Positions 38,462 to 52,161 of a stretch of 64,000 bases of DNA are shown here, piece by piece. How positions within the stretch are numbered: position 1 is the first letter of the stretch; every line of letters begins with the position of its first letter. The DNA is from Sphaerodactylus townsendi (taxonomy: Eukaryota): positions 159,216,001 to 159,280,000 of the forward strand of contig NC_059426.1 in the NCBI RefSeq assembly GCF_021028975.2, given 5' to 3'. Position numbers and translations under genes: made by a program. The notes beneath the pieces were generated by a model, which worked only from the letters and a program-made list of their open reading frames with translations, ran no database searches and was not told the origin of the DNA.

Positions 38462-38680
38462 CTGGTTGTTGTGGGTTTTCCGGGCTGTGTGGCCGTGGTC
38501 TGGTAGATCTAGTTCCCAACGTTTCGCCTGCATCCGTGGCTGGCACCTTCAGAGGTGTATCACAGAGGGAAGTCTATTACACGTTAGGAACGTTAGGAAC
38601 AAGATCTACCAGACCACGGCTACACAACCCCGAAAACCACCACAACCAGTTGAATCCAGCCGTGAAAGCCTTCGACAACA
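38462..38680. mobile_element. Penelope-derived fold-back element (tail on right)
   Basis: Perfect 13-bp TSD AATTGGTGTTTAA (38449-38461, 38681-38693). Confidence 0.85.
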
Positions 38681-38985
38681 AATTGGTGTTTAAGCCACAT
38701 TTTCTCTAGAATGGAGCGGAATGTGTGGCACGTCCCCACTGGAAGAGGCTGGATATTGTTGCAATCTCAGCTGTTCACCAAAGTACAATTCCCAAGATTC
38801 TTTGGGAGAAGCTACGTAAGCCACCCCTGATTTAAGCTTTCCAGGTCAATATAACTTCCAATATCTTCTGTATCCTGGCATTCTGGGAGTGTTAAAATTA
38901 AGTTCTCCGCTCCTTACCCACAAGCAACAATTACTAGTCCTCACAGTTATTCCATCGCCTTGTCAATCAATCTTGGGGGAGCTTA

Positions 38986-39198
<213 letters not shown>

Positions 39199-39627
39199 CT
39201 ATAGACAAACACATTGGACATGGGATTATAAAATGACATTGCGCACGGTGATGCCAGAAAGGTCTCCAGCAATACGCCCGATACATCTTGAAGCAGTTGG
39301 GTACATGTTGGGGGGGGGGGGGGCGCAAGGACATAAGATCTCAAAGCACACACATGGAGTGGGTCAGAGTGTTGCAGGAAACCCCCCCCCCCATTGCAAC
39401 CCCAGCTAAATGTTTCATCCACATACATCAGTTAACTTGAACTCACAGTAAACAAGAAAGGACAAATGTGATTTACTCGTTGCACTGTACACACATGGAA
39501 CCACCAAGCGTATCATCAAAGGATCTTGCGTTTACATCCCTGAACTTGCCCAGTTTTGGGCAGAGAAGAGTAAGGATTTAAGGATCAACAGTCTGACTTG
39601 CTGCCCACATTTCCTGCTCATAAATCA

Positions 39628-39926
39628 TAGCCAGTGTGGTATAGTAGTCGCGGGTGGTGGACTCTGTTCTGGAGAACCAAGTTTGACTCCCCACTATTCC
39701 ACATGAGCGGTGGAGTCTTATCTGGTGAACTGGGTTTGTTTTTGCACTCCTCCAAATGAAGCCTGCTGGGTGACCATGGGCTAGTCACAGTTCTTCAGAA
39801 TTCTCTCAGCCCCACCTGCCTCACAAGTTGCCTGTTGCGGGGAGAGGAAGGGAAGGAGTTTGTAAACTGCTTTGAGACTCCTTACAGGAGAGAAAGGTGC
39901 AGTATAAATCCAAATACTACTTCTTC
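39628..39926 (+). mobile_element. tRNA-derived squamate SINE
   Basis: Head, body and tail as in the other copies. Confidence 0.8.
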
Positions 39927-40850
39927 TAGCTGGTATAAACTGCAAACAACAAAGTCCTTGGTCCAAAGACTGACTCTACCATGAACTCACTAATGGGGCC
40001 ACATGCAAGCTAACCTTTCTCAACCTCTAACTGGCAGTGAGGGTATAATAATACTGACCTACCCACCTTGCAGGGTTGTTGTAAAGATTACAGCCTGACA
40101 ATGGCTTGGATCTAGTGGTGTGCAAGTGGAAACATAAACAGATAGTGGCGGCAGCTATTTGTATTCTCTGCAGAAGTTCAATAACGCAACACAATCTGTT
40201 GGATGCTTTCTTAAGAGGTATTCTAATACTTTTCAATTTTCAATTACGCTTTTAAAATGTCTGTATTAACAGGATAATTGCATATTCAAATGACAACAGT
40301 TGGGCATTTTGAATTGTACCAATCGTACCTTTGCCTCTCATTTCCAGATGGCGGGGACAAACGACAGTGAATTGTTTTCAGAACCATTGCCCTGCTTCTC
40401 AAGGACATCTGATCAGCCAGCACTGGAAAGAGAATGCTGTACTAGATAGATTTTTGGTCTCATCTAGTACAAACGTCCTTACGCCTAACCAGTGTCCTTT
40501 GTGCAAAACAGGGGAAGAAATAAAACCTGGCCACTCACAGAAAAAGTAAAAGGGTCTCGACGTTCATGACCTTGTAATTTAACCAAAAAAGAAAATGGCT
40601 TAGTGAGGACAGAATATATTTTAGAAGCAGAAAACGTTGAGAGTCAGTTACAGGGAAAAGTGGAAGGGAATAAAGAAAAGGGAGAGGCTTTACGTTGCCA
40701 AAATCCTGGTGGGGCGTGGAGATCTGTCAGAATAAAACTGATCTCCAATCTACACAGATCAGCGACTCTGGAAAAAATGGATGCTTTGGAGAGTTGGGTC
40801 TATGGCATTTTGTACCCCAAATGTCTCTCCTCTTCCCAAACCACCCCCTT

Positions 40851-41658
40851 TAAGAACATAAGAACTTAAGAACTAGCCTGCTGGATCAGACCAGAGTCCA
40901 TCTAGTCCAGCTCTCTGCTACTCGCAGTGGCCCACCAGGTGCCTTTGGGAGCTCACATGCAGGATGTGAACGCAATGGCCTTCTGCTGCTGCTGCTGTTC
41001 CTGAGCACCTGGTCTGCTAAGGCCTTTGCAATCTCAGATCAAAGAGAATCAAGATTGGTAGCCATAGATTGACTTCTCCTCCATAAATCTGTCCAAGCCC
41101 CTTTTAAAGCTATCCAGGTTAGTGGCCATCACCACCTCCTGTGGCAGCATATTCCAAACACCAATCACACATTGTGTGAAGAAGTATTTCCTTTTATTAG
41201 TCCTAATTCTTCCCCCCAGCATTTTCAATGGATGCCCCCTGGTTCTAGTATTGGGAGAAAGAGAGAAAAATTTCTCTCTGTCAACATTTTCTACCCCATG
41301 CATAATTTTATAGACTTCAATCATATCCCTCCTCAGACGCCTCCTCTCCAAACTAAAGAGTCCCAAACGCTGCAGCCTCTCCTCATAGGGAAGGTGCTCC
41401 AGTCCCTCAATCATCCTTGTTGCCCTTCTCTGCACTTTTTCTATCTCCTCAATATCCTTTTTGAGATGTGGTGACCAGAACTGAACACAGTGCTCCAAGT
41501 GCGGTCGCACCACGGCTTTATATAAGGGCATGACAATCCTTGCAGTTTTATTATCAATTCCTTTCCTAATCATCCCCAGCATAGAGTTTGCCTTTTTCAC
41601 AGCTGCCGTGCATTGAGTTGACATTCCCATGGAACTATGAACTAAGACGCCCAAATCC
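40851..41658 (-). mobile_element. Young 5'-truncated CR1 LINE, inserted in an older hAT-like element (about 40690-41722)
   Basis: Uninterrupted 203-aa ORF2 C-terminus (DLGVLV...RPHLEHCVQFWSPH...), (TTCTTATG)n tail. Flanks read GTTGCCAA...TTGGCAAG. Confidence 0.9.
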
Positions 41659-43216
41659 AAAACCTTTCCCGGGTTTCACTCCAATGTCTCCGGGAATTTC
41701 CCAACCCAACGTTGGCAAGTCTAGACTAACATGGCTACCTATCTGAAATTATGAATCAGAAATCAATAGTCTTTCACAGCTTTATTATTGTTATTGTTAC
41801 GTTGTTGAGGAGGAGGAGGAGGAGGAAAGTGCATTTCCAGGCCCTGAAAGCATCCTTAATAATGTTTAAAACGTAGAGAGGGCAATCTCGGGAGCTAAGT
41901 GAGAACAGAACAAGTATATTAAGTGGCCAGGGCTCTCTGTGCCCATTGCTAGCAAAAGCACAACAATTTATCATTCGGATTATAGAAGCTGGGTTCTCCT
42001 GAGGCAATTTTGGGTTAATTATGCAGTGGATTTTGATTCTCTTGGAGCAGGAACACAATGTCCTCAGCAGTGCTAGATACTTTACAGGGTTCCGTTTCGC
42101 CTTTCACTGAAGTATTGCAGATTGACCACTTAGAAACAGGACACCCGAACGGGATTGACGTCTCTTCGCCCTGCTTTGTGCTAAACGTTCCGGTTACACA
42201 AAATAGGTCACTTTCTTCAGGCCCTCAACCTACTTTGAAAGCGGCACTTTGCTGATATATATTGGGACCACTCTGCCCAAAGAATGGGCAGCCTGGCTTA
42301 AAATAACTCTTTCCATTTTGCTTCCCCTTCCCCTGATAAAAGGAGGGTGATGCACTGAAGAGGATATGAAAGACACCGGCTGCTGACAAAAACTAGAACT
42401 CTGATGAAAAGGAAAGAATTAATTATTGATCCAGCTGGGCTCAGAATGTGGAACTAACTCTTCTGGCCTCGGTACGCCTGCGGTACTGAACAGCCTGGAC
42501 GATCAAATCCCAGCGCGCGGCCCCAGAAACGTCATGCTGGGAGCCAAACATGGCCTGCATCCACAGGACAAATCCACAGGTCAGACTGAGGTAGCTTAAT
42601 TAACGGTCACATGTAATCCGCCCCCATCACCAGCATGAAACTTTCCACTGAACAAACTAAACGTCTCTTTCCCTACAGTAACACCTAAGTATGATTTCAG
42701 GATTTAATGACCATTTCGCAAGTTGCGCTTGGAGGGAGCTGTTTTCAATATGAAACCTACTAGGGTTTTAGTACATCAAAATGCACTGGTGCATGAGCTG
42801 CACCTGTTGGACATCTGTCTGCAACGGAGCAGGGTTTCTGCTGGGGGAAGGGAGGCATCCTAGCTGGTCATTTCTCTCTAAGCATTGCTATTTTTTGTTT
42901 TAAACCTGGGGCTGCTGTTGTGCCTTCAACAATGCAGTGATGTGCAAATAATTAAGGTGATAAAGCTTTCCCTGGCATGCAGATAAAGCCATCTGTTTAA
43001 TCCCTGCAGGTCATGCTTTTACTGAAGACAGAGGAGCCGGGCCAGAAAAAAAGTGGCAACCCTAGGAAAGACAGAGATGTCCAGCGAATGTTGCTATCTT
43101 TCTTCCTGACCCGGTCTCTCCGCCCTTTTAGAAAATACCCCTTTCATCCTCAACACATTTTAACAACCCTCTGTGTTTGCCTTCTTCGTATTAAAAACAG
43201 AACCCTGTACCTAGAA

Positions 43217-43349
43217 CAGGGGTCTGCAACCTGTGGCTCTCCAGATATTCATGGATTGCAAATCCCATTAGCCCCTGCCAGCATGGCCAATTGGCTGATG
43301 GGAATTGTAGTCCATGAACATCTGGAGAGCCGCAGGTTGCAGACCCCTG
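43217..43349. mobile_element. Palindromic hAT MITE
   Basis: TIR CAGGGGTCTGCAACCTG, TSD ACCTAGAA. Confidence 0.9.
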
Positions 43350-43904
43350 ACCTAGAAACCCACACTGATTGGGCAAGCCGTAGAAGTTAGTAAGCTTGAA
43401 TCCAGCTGTTCTACTGCAAACTAACACAGCTGTCCTCTGAAACGGTGTGTTGTGTTTCTGCCACAAAGCAGAGGTGGTGATTTTAAGTGAAAACAGAGAA
43501 GAGAATTAAATAGCCCCTTCTCGTCTCCTATCATGTTGGTCTCCCCCATTAAAATGTTCTGTTCCTTTTTTAAAAAAGTGGAGAAAATCATGGAATTTCA
43601 TGTGAAGGCTCTGCTCTCAGACAACGCATAGGCAGCAGCTGATCCCAATACTTTTGTTTCGTTTCTTCCCTCCTTCCATGCAGTGGTGTCACTACCATTC
43701 TGAAACTTCAGAAGTGAGGAGGAGGAAGAGGAAGGAGAAGAGGAGTTCAGATTGATACTCTGATTTTCTTCCTTGTAAGGAGATTCAAGGTAGCTTACAC
43801 ACTTTTTTCCCTTCCACTCCCCACAACAGACACTTTGTGAAGTTGGTGGGGCTGAGAAAGTTCTGAAGAACTTTGACTGGCTTAAGGTCACCCAGCAGGA
43901 ATGC

Positions 43905-44326
43905 AGAATTTTTTCTCTCTTTCTCACAATACTAGAACCAGGGGGCATTCATTGAAAATGCGGGGGGGAAGAATTAGGACTAATAAAAGGAAACACTTCT
44001 TCACGCAACGTTTGATTGGTGTTTGGAATATGCTGCCATAGGAGGTGGTGATGGCCACTAACCTGGATAGCTTTAAAAGGGCCTTGGACAGATTTATGGA
44101 GGAGAAGTCGATTTATGGCTACCAATCTTGATCCTCTTTGATCTGAGATTGCAAATGCCTTAACAGACCAGGTGATCGGGAGCAACAGCCGCAGACGGCC
44201 ACTGCGTTCACATCCTACATGTGAGCTCCCAAAGGCACCTGGTGGGCCACTGCGAGTAGCAGAGAGCTGGACTAGATGGACTTTGGTCTGATCCAGCTGG
44301 CTTGTTCTTATGTTCTTATGTTCTTA
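43905..44326 (+). mobile_element. CR1 3' end inserted inside a minus-strand SINE (43728-44442)
   Basis: Near-identical to the reverse complement of 40851-41280. SINE halves continue on both sides. Confidence 0.85.
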
Positions 44327-44609
44327 GGAGTGGAGGAACAAATCCAGTTCACCAGAGAAGACCCCGCTGCTCATATGGAGTGGGGAATCAAACCTGGTTC
44401 TCCAGATTAGAATCCATCTGCTCTTAACCACTGCAGCACGCTGGAAGTGAACACATCAAGTTGATTTATACTGGATCAAATCACTGATCCATCAAGGTCA
44501 GTATCGTCTACTCAGACTGGCAGCAGGTCTCCAGGGACTCAGTCTTTCACGTCCCCTTCCACATGATCCTTTCAACTGGAGATGTGTCGCATTCCAAGCA
44601 GATGCTCTA

Positions 44610-44888
<279 letters not shown>

Positions 44889-45434
44889 TTATGTTGATCG
44901 ATAGCCAGATGGGACTGCCCTTATTTTCCCATTGTTTTCATTCTTTTGCCCTTTGCAGAGATATTTGAGGTGTCTTATTAGCATGCAAACCCACGTTTTC
45001 TTCTGATTTGGGTACCTTGTTCCACAAATCCCCAGATCCTCAGGAGCTGAGATGAACACTTCAGCATTCAAAACATCACGAAATGCTACAGCACAGTTCC
45101 CGTCCCATCTCCCTCACAGCTATCTATCACATTTCTTTATGGCGTCCTTCTTCCAAGCATGTCAGGGCAGCATTCACTGTTCTCCCACTTAATCTCCATC
45201 ACAACACAGCGGGCCGGAGAGACGGAGAAAAAAAGCAATCAGTCCAAAGTCACCAGTACATTTTCATAGAGGAGGGGGGGATCTGAACTAAGGTGTCAGA
45301 CTAGGAGACTCAGATACAACAACACTGCCATGTATCCAACCATTCCTGAATGGATATTTCTCCATGTTCCTCTCCATTCCCACATCCCCTTTCGATCCCC
45401 AGAATAATTATTCTTCAGATCCCAGGATCTCTGC

Positions 45435-45732
45435 AGAAGAAGAAGAGTTTGGATTTATATCCCCCCCTTTTCTCCCCTGTAGGAGACTCAAAGGGGCTAA
45501 CAAACTCCTTTCCCTCCCCCCCCACAACAAACACCCTGTGAGGTGGGTGGGGCTGAGAGAGCTCCGAAGAACTGTGACTAGCCCACAGTCACCCAGCTGG
45601 CATGTGTTGGAGTGCACAAACTAATCTGGTTCACCAGATAACCCTCCGCAGCTCAAGCAGCAGAGAGGGGAATCAAACCCGGTTCCTCCAGATTAGAATG
45701 CACCTGGTCTTAACCACTACGCCACTGCTGCT
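45435..45732 (-). mobile_element. tRNA-derived squamate SINE
   Basis: Minus-strand head GCAGTGGCGTAGTGGTTAAG and (TCT)n tail. Confidence 0.85.
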
Positions 45733-46564
45733 CAGAAGAACCACCATGCACGTTGGTGGGATGGAGGAACAAGAGGAACACATTGACCCCAGAGCAGAGA
45801 GTGCAGAAGAGGAAGGAGGAGTTATTTCACACCCCTGGTTCTTTTTCACTCCCGCCACTCCAAGCCCCATCCTGCTCCTGCAGGTCTGGAATTGGTTATT
45901 CTGGGGGATAAACAGGGCTGCAGTGACAGGTAGGACTGCTTGGAACCACCATGTTATGTCCACCACGGACTCTGATTATGGCTGCAACTTATCCAGACAT
46001 TTAATGTGCCTGAACATGCGGCAGCAGCTAGTCTATAAAAAGTATGAACAGTAAGGTTGTTTGTATAAGTCAATGTTCTATTAAATGTTCTTAATCTGAA
46101 AACAAATACATAAAATAATGGTCAGTTCCATCCCATTTGCTAATATACACCACTTCACGCTGCAGTGTACAGCAGGCTATTACAGAGTAAATTAATATAC
46201 CAAATTGTAGATGGGAAAAAATCTTTAGCAATAAGTAATGAGCGGAGAAGCGGTCCTTGGTATGAGAATAAGTGCCAAAGAGTATAAAAGCATCACTGTT
46301 TTTATCTATGAAATGCTGGTGTTTGTGCACATGTATACAGATAGAGATCCACTGATCCCCCTCACAAACAGTTCAAGGCGCTTCTGCTAAACACATTATA
46401 AACAGGAATGACCACTATGTAGGTCATTACCGACCCATGGTTCATTGATGCCATGTTTACTGTTATAAAATACTGATGTTGTTATTATATTGTTGTACAC
46501 CGCCCTGAGCCTTTCTGGGGAAGGTGGTATATAAATCAAATATACATATACAAATACAAACTTG

Positions 46565-46802
46565 GGTGCTGTGTGGTTTCCGGGCTGTATGGCTGTGTTC
46601 TAGAAGCATTCTCTCCTGACGTTTTGCCTGCATCTGTGGCTGGCATCTTCACAGATGCCTGCATCTTTACAGATGCCTGCATCGCGAAACCACAGATGCA
46701 GGCGAAAAGTCAGGAGAGAATGCTGCTAGAACACGGCCATACAGCCCAGAAACCACACAGAACCCAAGTGATTCCGGCCATGAAAGCCTTCGACAATACA
46801 TT
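46565..46802. mobile_element. Penelope-derived fold-back element (tail on right)
   Basis: 13-bp TSD AAATACAAACTTG (46552-46564, 46803-46815), rearranged centre. Confidence 0.85.
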
Positions 46803-47856
46803 AAATACAAACTTGCCTCATCCAAGTCGTTTCTCTTCCTAAAGGGCTCCCTGCCACATCTCTGATTCCAATCCTCTCCCCCCACCCCGAAGTAGGTTTT
46901 TTCACTTTAAAAAAATATAAATGACCATTACGTACTGCGTGCAATGTATGATTTGGTGCTCAGTGGAATGCAATATTTGTTCAGAAACACCAAAAGAATT
47001 TCCAACCTTGGAAACCCATTTAATCTTTGAAATGGCTCTTGGCAGTTCATTTTACTAGGAAGGTGCATACTCTCTGAGATAAAAGGGTGGGGCAGGAGAA
47101 TAATTGGCATCCACTTCACTGGTTTCATGGCAACTTTCTTTAAAGAGCCCTCTTCAACGAAGGTTGTGAGGGCAACCAGAGAAATAAGCACATACACAAA
47201 ACGGCAGCCAGGGAGGGCTCACTTCCAAAATATGTTATCTGATTCTCTCACATCTGGCATCTTATTGAGGAAAAGAAAAAAAAGAAACTCGCCGCTTTCA
47301 TAGCAAGAAACTCAAGTAGCCGAAGAGTCTGATGCGCACCTTTGATACGGCCTATCCTTCTTAAGGTCTCTCTGAAACAAGATGAGATACAATGTCCCTA
47401 TTCAAAGAGATGCCCTACCTGTCTTCATGATTTGCACTGAACTATTTAGAAAAACTCACAATGGGTCCATTGAAAAATCGCAAAATTTTGCCTTGATGGA
47501 AAGAACAAAGCAGGATTATCCTTTTCTGCTGTAAGGGTACACTGGGGATGACAGAGTGGTATGTGCATCTTTTCAGCAAAAGACTGGGGTTTTTTCCCCT
47601 AGCTTTTTCCCCTAGTACAAAACAGCTTCCTTGTAAAATCTCTGAATTGTGTCGAGAATGGCCGAGGCTGCTGCTTGGAATTCATTACTCGTGTCTCCTA
47701 GTCAGCTTTCTCACTCAGTTCGCCAACTACGACAGGATGATAATGAAGAACCTGGTTACATCTCATACCGTGTTCTACCATATCTCAGGAGTGTGAGACG
47801 CTTCAACTAACCGTAGTCAGCCTGGAAGAGTCATTCTTAATCAATAGCTTGGACAT

Positions 47857-48280
47857 CATAGAATCTCAAGAGTTGGAAGGGGCCATACAGGCCATCTAGT
47901 CCAATCCTCTGCACAATGCACGGTCAGCCTAGGGCCATGCTGGCAGGGGCTGATGGGAATTATAGTCCATGCACATCTGGAGTGCTATAGGTTGGCCACC
48001 CCTGGCCTAGGGCATTCCTGACAAGTATTCGTCCAGTTGCTGCTTGAAGACTGCAAGCAAGAGGGAGCTCACCACCTCCCAAGGCAGCCAATTCCATTGC
48101 TGAAGTGTAAAACCTTTTTTCTTAATGTTCCCCTGGTAGCTTTCCCACAACTTATACCCATTATTCAGAGTCCTATCCTCCGCTGCCTTTAAAGAGAGCA
48201 ACCATGTCCCTCCTCAACTTCCTAGTTTCCAGTTTGAACATTCCCCAAACCCTCAGCCTTTCCTTGTAGGGCTTGGTCTC
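47857..48280 (-). mobile_element. Old CR1 3' end containing a half-MITE (47935-48004)
   Basis: CR1 3'UTR motif and degenerate ORF2. A related + strand copy lies at about 49070-49385. Confidence 0.7.
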
Positions 48281-48388
48281 CATCATAATCTATTATGAAA
48301 CATAATCTATCAGCAACAAGTGTCAGACCACCGATCTCACAAATGTTCATTGGATCAGTGGTAAACAGGGTCTGCCAGTTGCTGCTAA

Positions 48389-48917
48389 TGTAACCCCCAT
48401 GCTCAGAATGGGTTGACCCAGAAAGGGGTGGAGACTCAAAGCAGCAGAAGGCTGCAGAGCTCATGTAGTTTGGAGGAGACAAGGCTACCAGACTCGGACC
48501 TTGATTTGTATAAGCCCTTAACACCTTGTTAAGGTAACTGCAATGTTGTTGGGAACTAGTGGGAAGATAGTTGTTTATTTTTGCTATGTTGTAAATGTTG
48601 GAGTTTATTGTTTCAGGGTTTTTGTGGTTGTAATGGGTGAGAGTTCTCCTGGAAACCTTCATCATGTTGAATCCTGTTCACCAAGCCCTTGGAGTCTTCA
48701 GGAGCAAACCCACTTGCAGGAAGAATTGGACTTGGCAATATCTGAAGACTGTAACTAGAAGGACTTGAAATGAAACCTGAACAGGACCTTGAAGTGTGAT
48801 GTTAAATGTTGATGTTTGATGTTATATGTTAAGAAAGTAAACCATTTTGTTTTTTTAATTTGTTGTTGCAAACTCATTCCAAGTTCTGCCCCACAGAACC
48901 CACAGATAGAGGTTACA
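48389..48917 (+). mobile_element. Solo LTR (529 bp)
   Basis: TGTAACC...GGTTACA inverted termini, 4-bp TSD CTAA, TATAA at about 48509 and AGTAAA near the 3' end. Confidence 0.85.
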
Positions 48918-49668
48918 CTAACTCTGGTTTGAGTCCACAGTTTTAAAGAGAACCATGGCTAGCGTTACTGAAGTTAGCATTGGTGAAGGCAAAGTGCTAT
49001 CCTGTAACAGCTAATACTAACTAGGCTAAGGAACCAGTGTAGCACATGGCACAGAGAACATTGATCTTTTTAAATATTTGAAGGGCTGTCATTTAGAGAA
49101 GGGCAGGTAGCTGTTCCTGTTGGCACAAGAGTATAGGGGTCACAATAATGGGTATAAATCATGGACGGAAAGATACTAGGTGGACAACAGGGAAAGGGTT
49201 TTTATGGTAAGAGTAGTTCAGAAGTGGAATCGGCTGCCTGAGGAGGTGGTACGCTAACCCCTCACTGGCAGTCAAGAGTGGCTGGCTGAAGGCTTGCCAG
49301 GGATGCTCTTGGCTGATCCTGCATTTAGCAGGGGTTTGGATTAGATAGCCTATCTAGCCCTTCCAACTCTATGGTTCTATGATTAAATGCTAATTTGTTT
49401 GCTTCAAAGTCTGCAGGGTGAAGAAAAACAGCAAACTGGGAATCTGCAACTGTCCCTGACATGTATCCTGTGCATTCAGCAATTTTAGCACTGATAGTTT
49501 CCTAAGCTATGTTTAGAAAGAAAGAACGCTTGCAAGAATGTGTGAAAAGCAAAAGTACAGAGTAGAACAAGGACGCACCACTCTAACTCCAGAACAACTT
49601 GCTCTTGTTTCATGACAGCGTTGTACATGCGATGTGCTGGAAACCATTCCGTGTAATCAAGCCCTTCT

Positions 49669-49814
49669 NNNNNNNNNNNNNNNNNNNNNNNNNNNNNNNN
49701 NNNNNNNNNNNNNNNNNNNNNNNNNNNNNNNNNNNNNNNNNNNNNNNNNNNNNNNNNNNNNNNNNNNNNNNNNNNNNNNNNNNNNNNNNNNNNNNNNNNN
49801 NNNNNNNNNNNNNN
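49669..49814. other. Assembly gap (N run)
   Basis: 146 N. Confidence 1.
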
Positions 49815-50369
49815 ACTTTCTCTCCTGTAGGAGATTCAAAGGGGCTTACAATCTCCTTTCCCTTCTCCCCTGGGGCTGAGAGAGCTCCGCAGAACACCCA
49901 CTTTCTAAAAGCACTTGGTGGGCACTACAACGGGAACCCTCGCTGGATAGGAGACCTATGGTCTTGAGCCCTAACCTAGGTTCTGATTATTTCTGGGCAG
50001 AAAGCAAGTGAGGCACAGGGGCAGTTTTGTATTTGACACGTGAATTACGATTACCACCTGTCAGGTGACTTCTAACATTATATCTGCACTAAATCAGATA
50101 AAATGCACACATACACCCTGCTCAGAGCTGCTCAATCATGCTCCTGGCTATATTGTAACCACATGTCAGCATTTGTTTCTAACAAGTACACAAGTATTTA
50201 CAAGATTAATAGGAGTCACAGAAATAGAGCTCTCCTTTTATGGTTTAGACTATTTTAAGAAGAGCAGAACCTGGTAGACAATATTTTCTTAACCCTTCAA
50301 GGAAATTGGGGAAGCAGCCCTCTTCGGCCCCAAATGCAATTCCCGATACTCTTTTTCCTCTCAGTTCAG

Positions 50370-50980
50370 ATACAGATACCTTTACTGGCATACCTAACAT
50401 AGATTAAGATCACAACTCATTAAAATCAGTATGTTAGAAAGAAAAAAATCAATAATAGTTCAGACAACTTCAAATTTTAACAGGCCTTTCTTTTTAGTAC
50501 AAGAGAGAGAAATCTGGCAACGCAGCCGGTAAACCCTGAGTCTTTATCTCATGAAAGACATGTTTCTTTTTGCTTAAAGCTGTTTTGGCCTGTATTTCTG
50601 GGATGATCAATTTCTCTTGAAGATCGTTAAAAAGCTGACAGTCGAGCAGTATATGGGAAATTGAGTCAGGTGTTTCCCCTCCACAGGAACAGAGCCATTT
50701 AGAGTATAGAACATGAATAAACCTTCCAGAGAGAACAGATGATGGAAAATAATTTAGTTTTGCCATCATAAAGGAACGTCTATGAGAAGGAGAGACAAGG
50801 GCAAGTAAATAAGGAAGACTGGAATTATGGTTAACCTGAATACCTAGAAATTGAGGAGAACAGATTTTTGGATCAGATGGAAATAGACCTGCTGTTTCAT
50901 GTTCTCGAATTCTTTGTGTTATGGTTTTCAAGATGCCAGATTGGTCAGACTTCATTAGAAGGTCAAGACTGATACCAATG
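50370..50980 (-). mobile_element. RTE-X-like LINE 3' end
   Basis: ORF 50494-50955 has RRSFMMAKLNYFPSSVLSGRF...LCSCGG...ISHILLDC (CCHC-like). AGTAAAGGT plus (TATCTG)n tail. Confidence 0.65.
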
Positions 50981-50988
50981 GATTGAAT

Positions 50989-51529
50989 CAGTGGTGGGAT
51001 TCAAAGAAATTTAACAACCGGTTCCGGTGGTGGGATTCAAATAATTTAACAACTGGTTGTTTACAAGCATGATTTTAACAACCGGTTCTACTGAAGTGGT
51101 GTGAACCTGCTGAATCCCACCAGAGGCGAAGCTAGGCCAGAGTGCGCCCGGTGCACACTCTGGCTCCCCCCCCCCCCCCCCCCCCCCCCCCCCCGTGGCA
51201 GCCCCCCCCTCCCCGCGGCACTTCATTCCACTTACTTTTAGGAAAGGAGCAGGCCGAAGAAGCCTGCCTGCGTTGCCTGGGCCTGGTGGGAACTACATTT
51301 CCCAGGAGCCCCTGGGAAATGTAGTTCCCACCAGGCCCAGGCAACGCAGGCAGGCTTCTTCTCTGGGATGTTCCATTCCTAAAAGTAAGTGGGGGGGGGG
51401 GTCTTGCCGATGGGGAGGAGCACTCTTGAGGCGGGGATTTTTCCAGCTGCATTGACCAGAATCGGTGCACCCGGTGCGTTGCGCACCCCCCCTTCCCCCT
51501 GGTGGCTTCGCCACTGAATCCCACCACCG
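50989..51529. mobile_element. hAT element with a second hAT element (51121-51516) nested in its right TIR
   Basis: Outer TIR CAGTGGTGGGATTC with imperfect TSD G(A/G)TTGAAT. Inner TIR CAGAGGCGAAGC / GCTTCGCCACTG with perfect TSD AATCCCAC. Confidence 0.85.
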
Positions 51530-52020
51530 GTTGAATCGTACAAATAATTTTTCTATGCCAATTATATATTTCAACTTATATACTGCCCAACCCCCGAAGG
51601 GCTCAATTAGATTGAGTATCTTCTAACATTGATGACAGCAGGCTCAAAGGTTAAGAGTTGAAGAGCACATTCAGCCAGTATTTGATGGTGATTTTCCAGG
51701 TTTTCGTTTTCATAGGGAACTGTTTGGTTTCTGCACACATGGTAAAACAGCTAACACATCTGGGCATTCCTGTTATCTGTCAAAGAAAGTGTGCCTGTGG
51801 GTGTTTGATTGTGTTGTTATAATGCATGAATTCACACAGGTGTTTCAAAAGGAAGTTGTGGGATGACTTTTGCTTTGAAGATCATGGTTGCAGCAGGAAG
51901 AAGTTGGTTTTCTTGGTGGAAGTAGAAGTTTGTGATTGTCGATGCTGTGCTGGAGTAATACCTTGGGATCTGTGGAATGACCAACTATGATTGTAATTGA
52001 AGATAGAAGATTGTATCCCA

Positions 52021-52161
52021 GACTCATTCCGCATATGCAGAATAATGCACTTTCAAACTGCTTTCAGTGCTCTTTGAAGCTGTGCGGAATGGCAAAATCC
52101 ACTTGCAAACAGTTGTGAAAGTGGTTTGAAAACGCATTATTTTGAATGTGCGGAAGGGGCC
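52021..52161. mobile_element. PIF/Harbinger-like MITE
   Basis: About 27-bp imperfect TIRs (TTCCGCATATGCAGAATAATGC / GCATTATTTTGAATGTGCGGAA), 3-bp TSD CCA. Confidence 0.7.

Noticed and set aside
49599-49967. ORFs spanning the N run
   Set aside because: Artefact of the assembly gap.
51165-51194. Long poly-C/G runs (also about 9039-9056) as G-quadruplex elements
   Set aside because: Homopolymer length is unreliable in this assembly, and the runs lie in repeats or suspected repeats.
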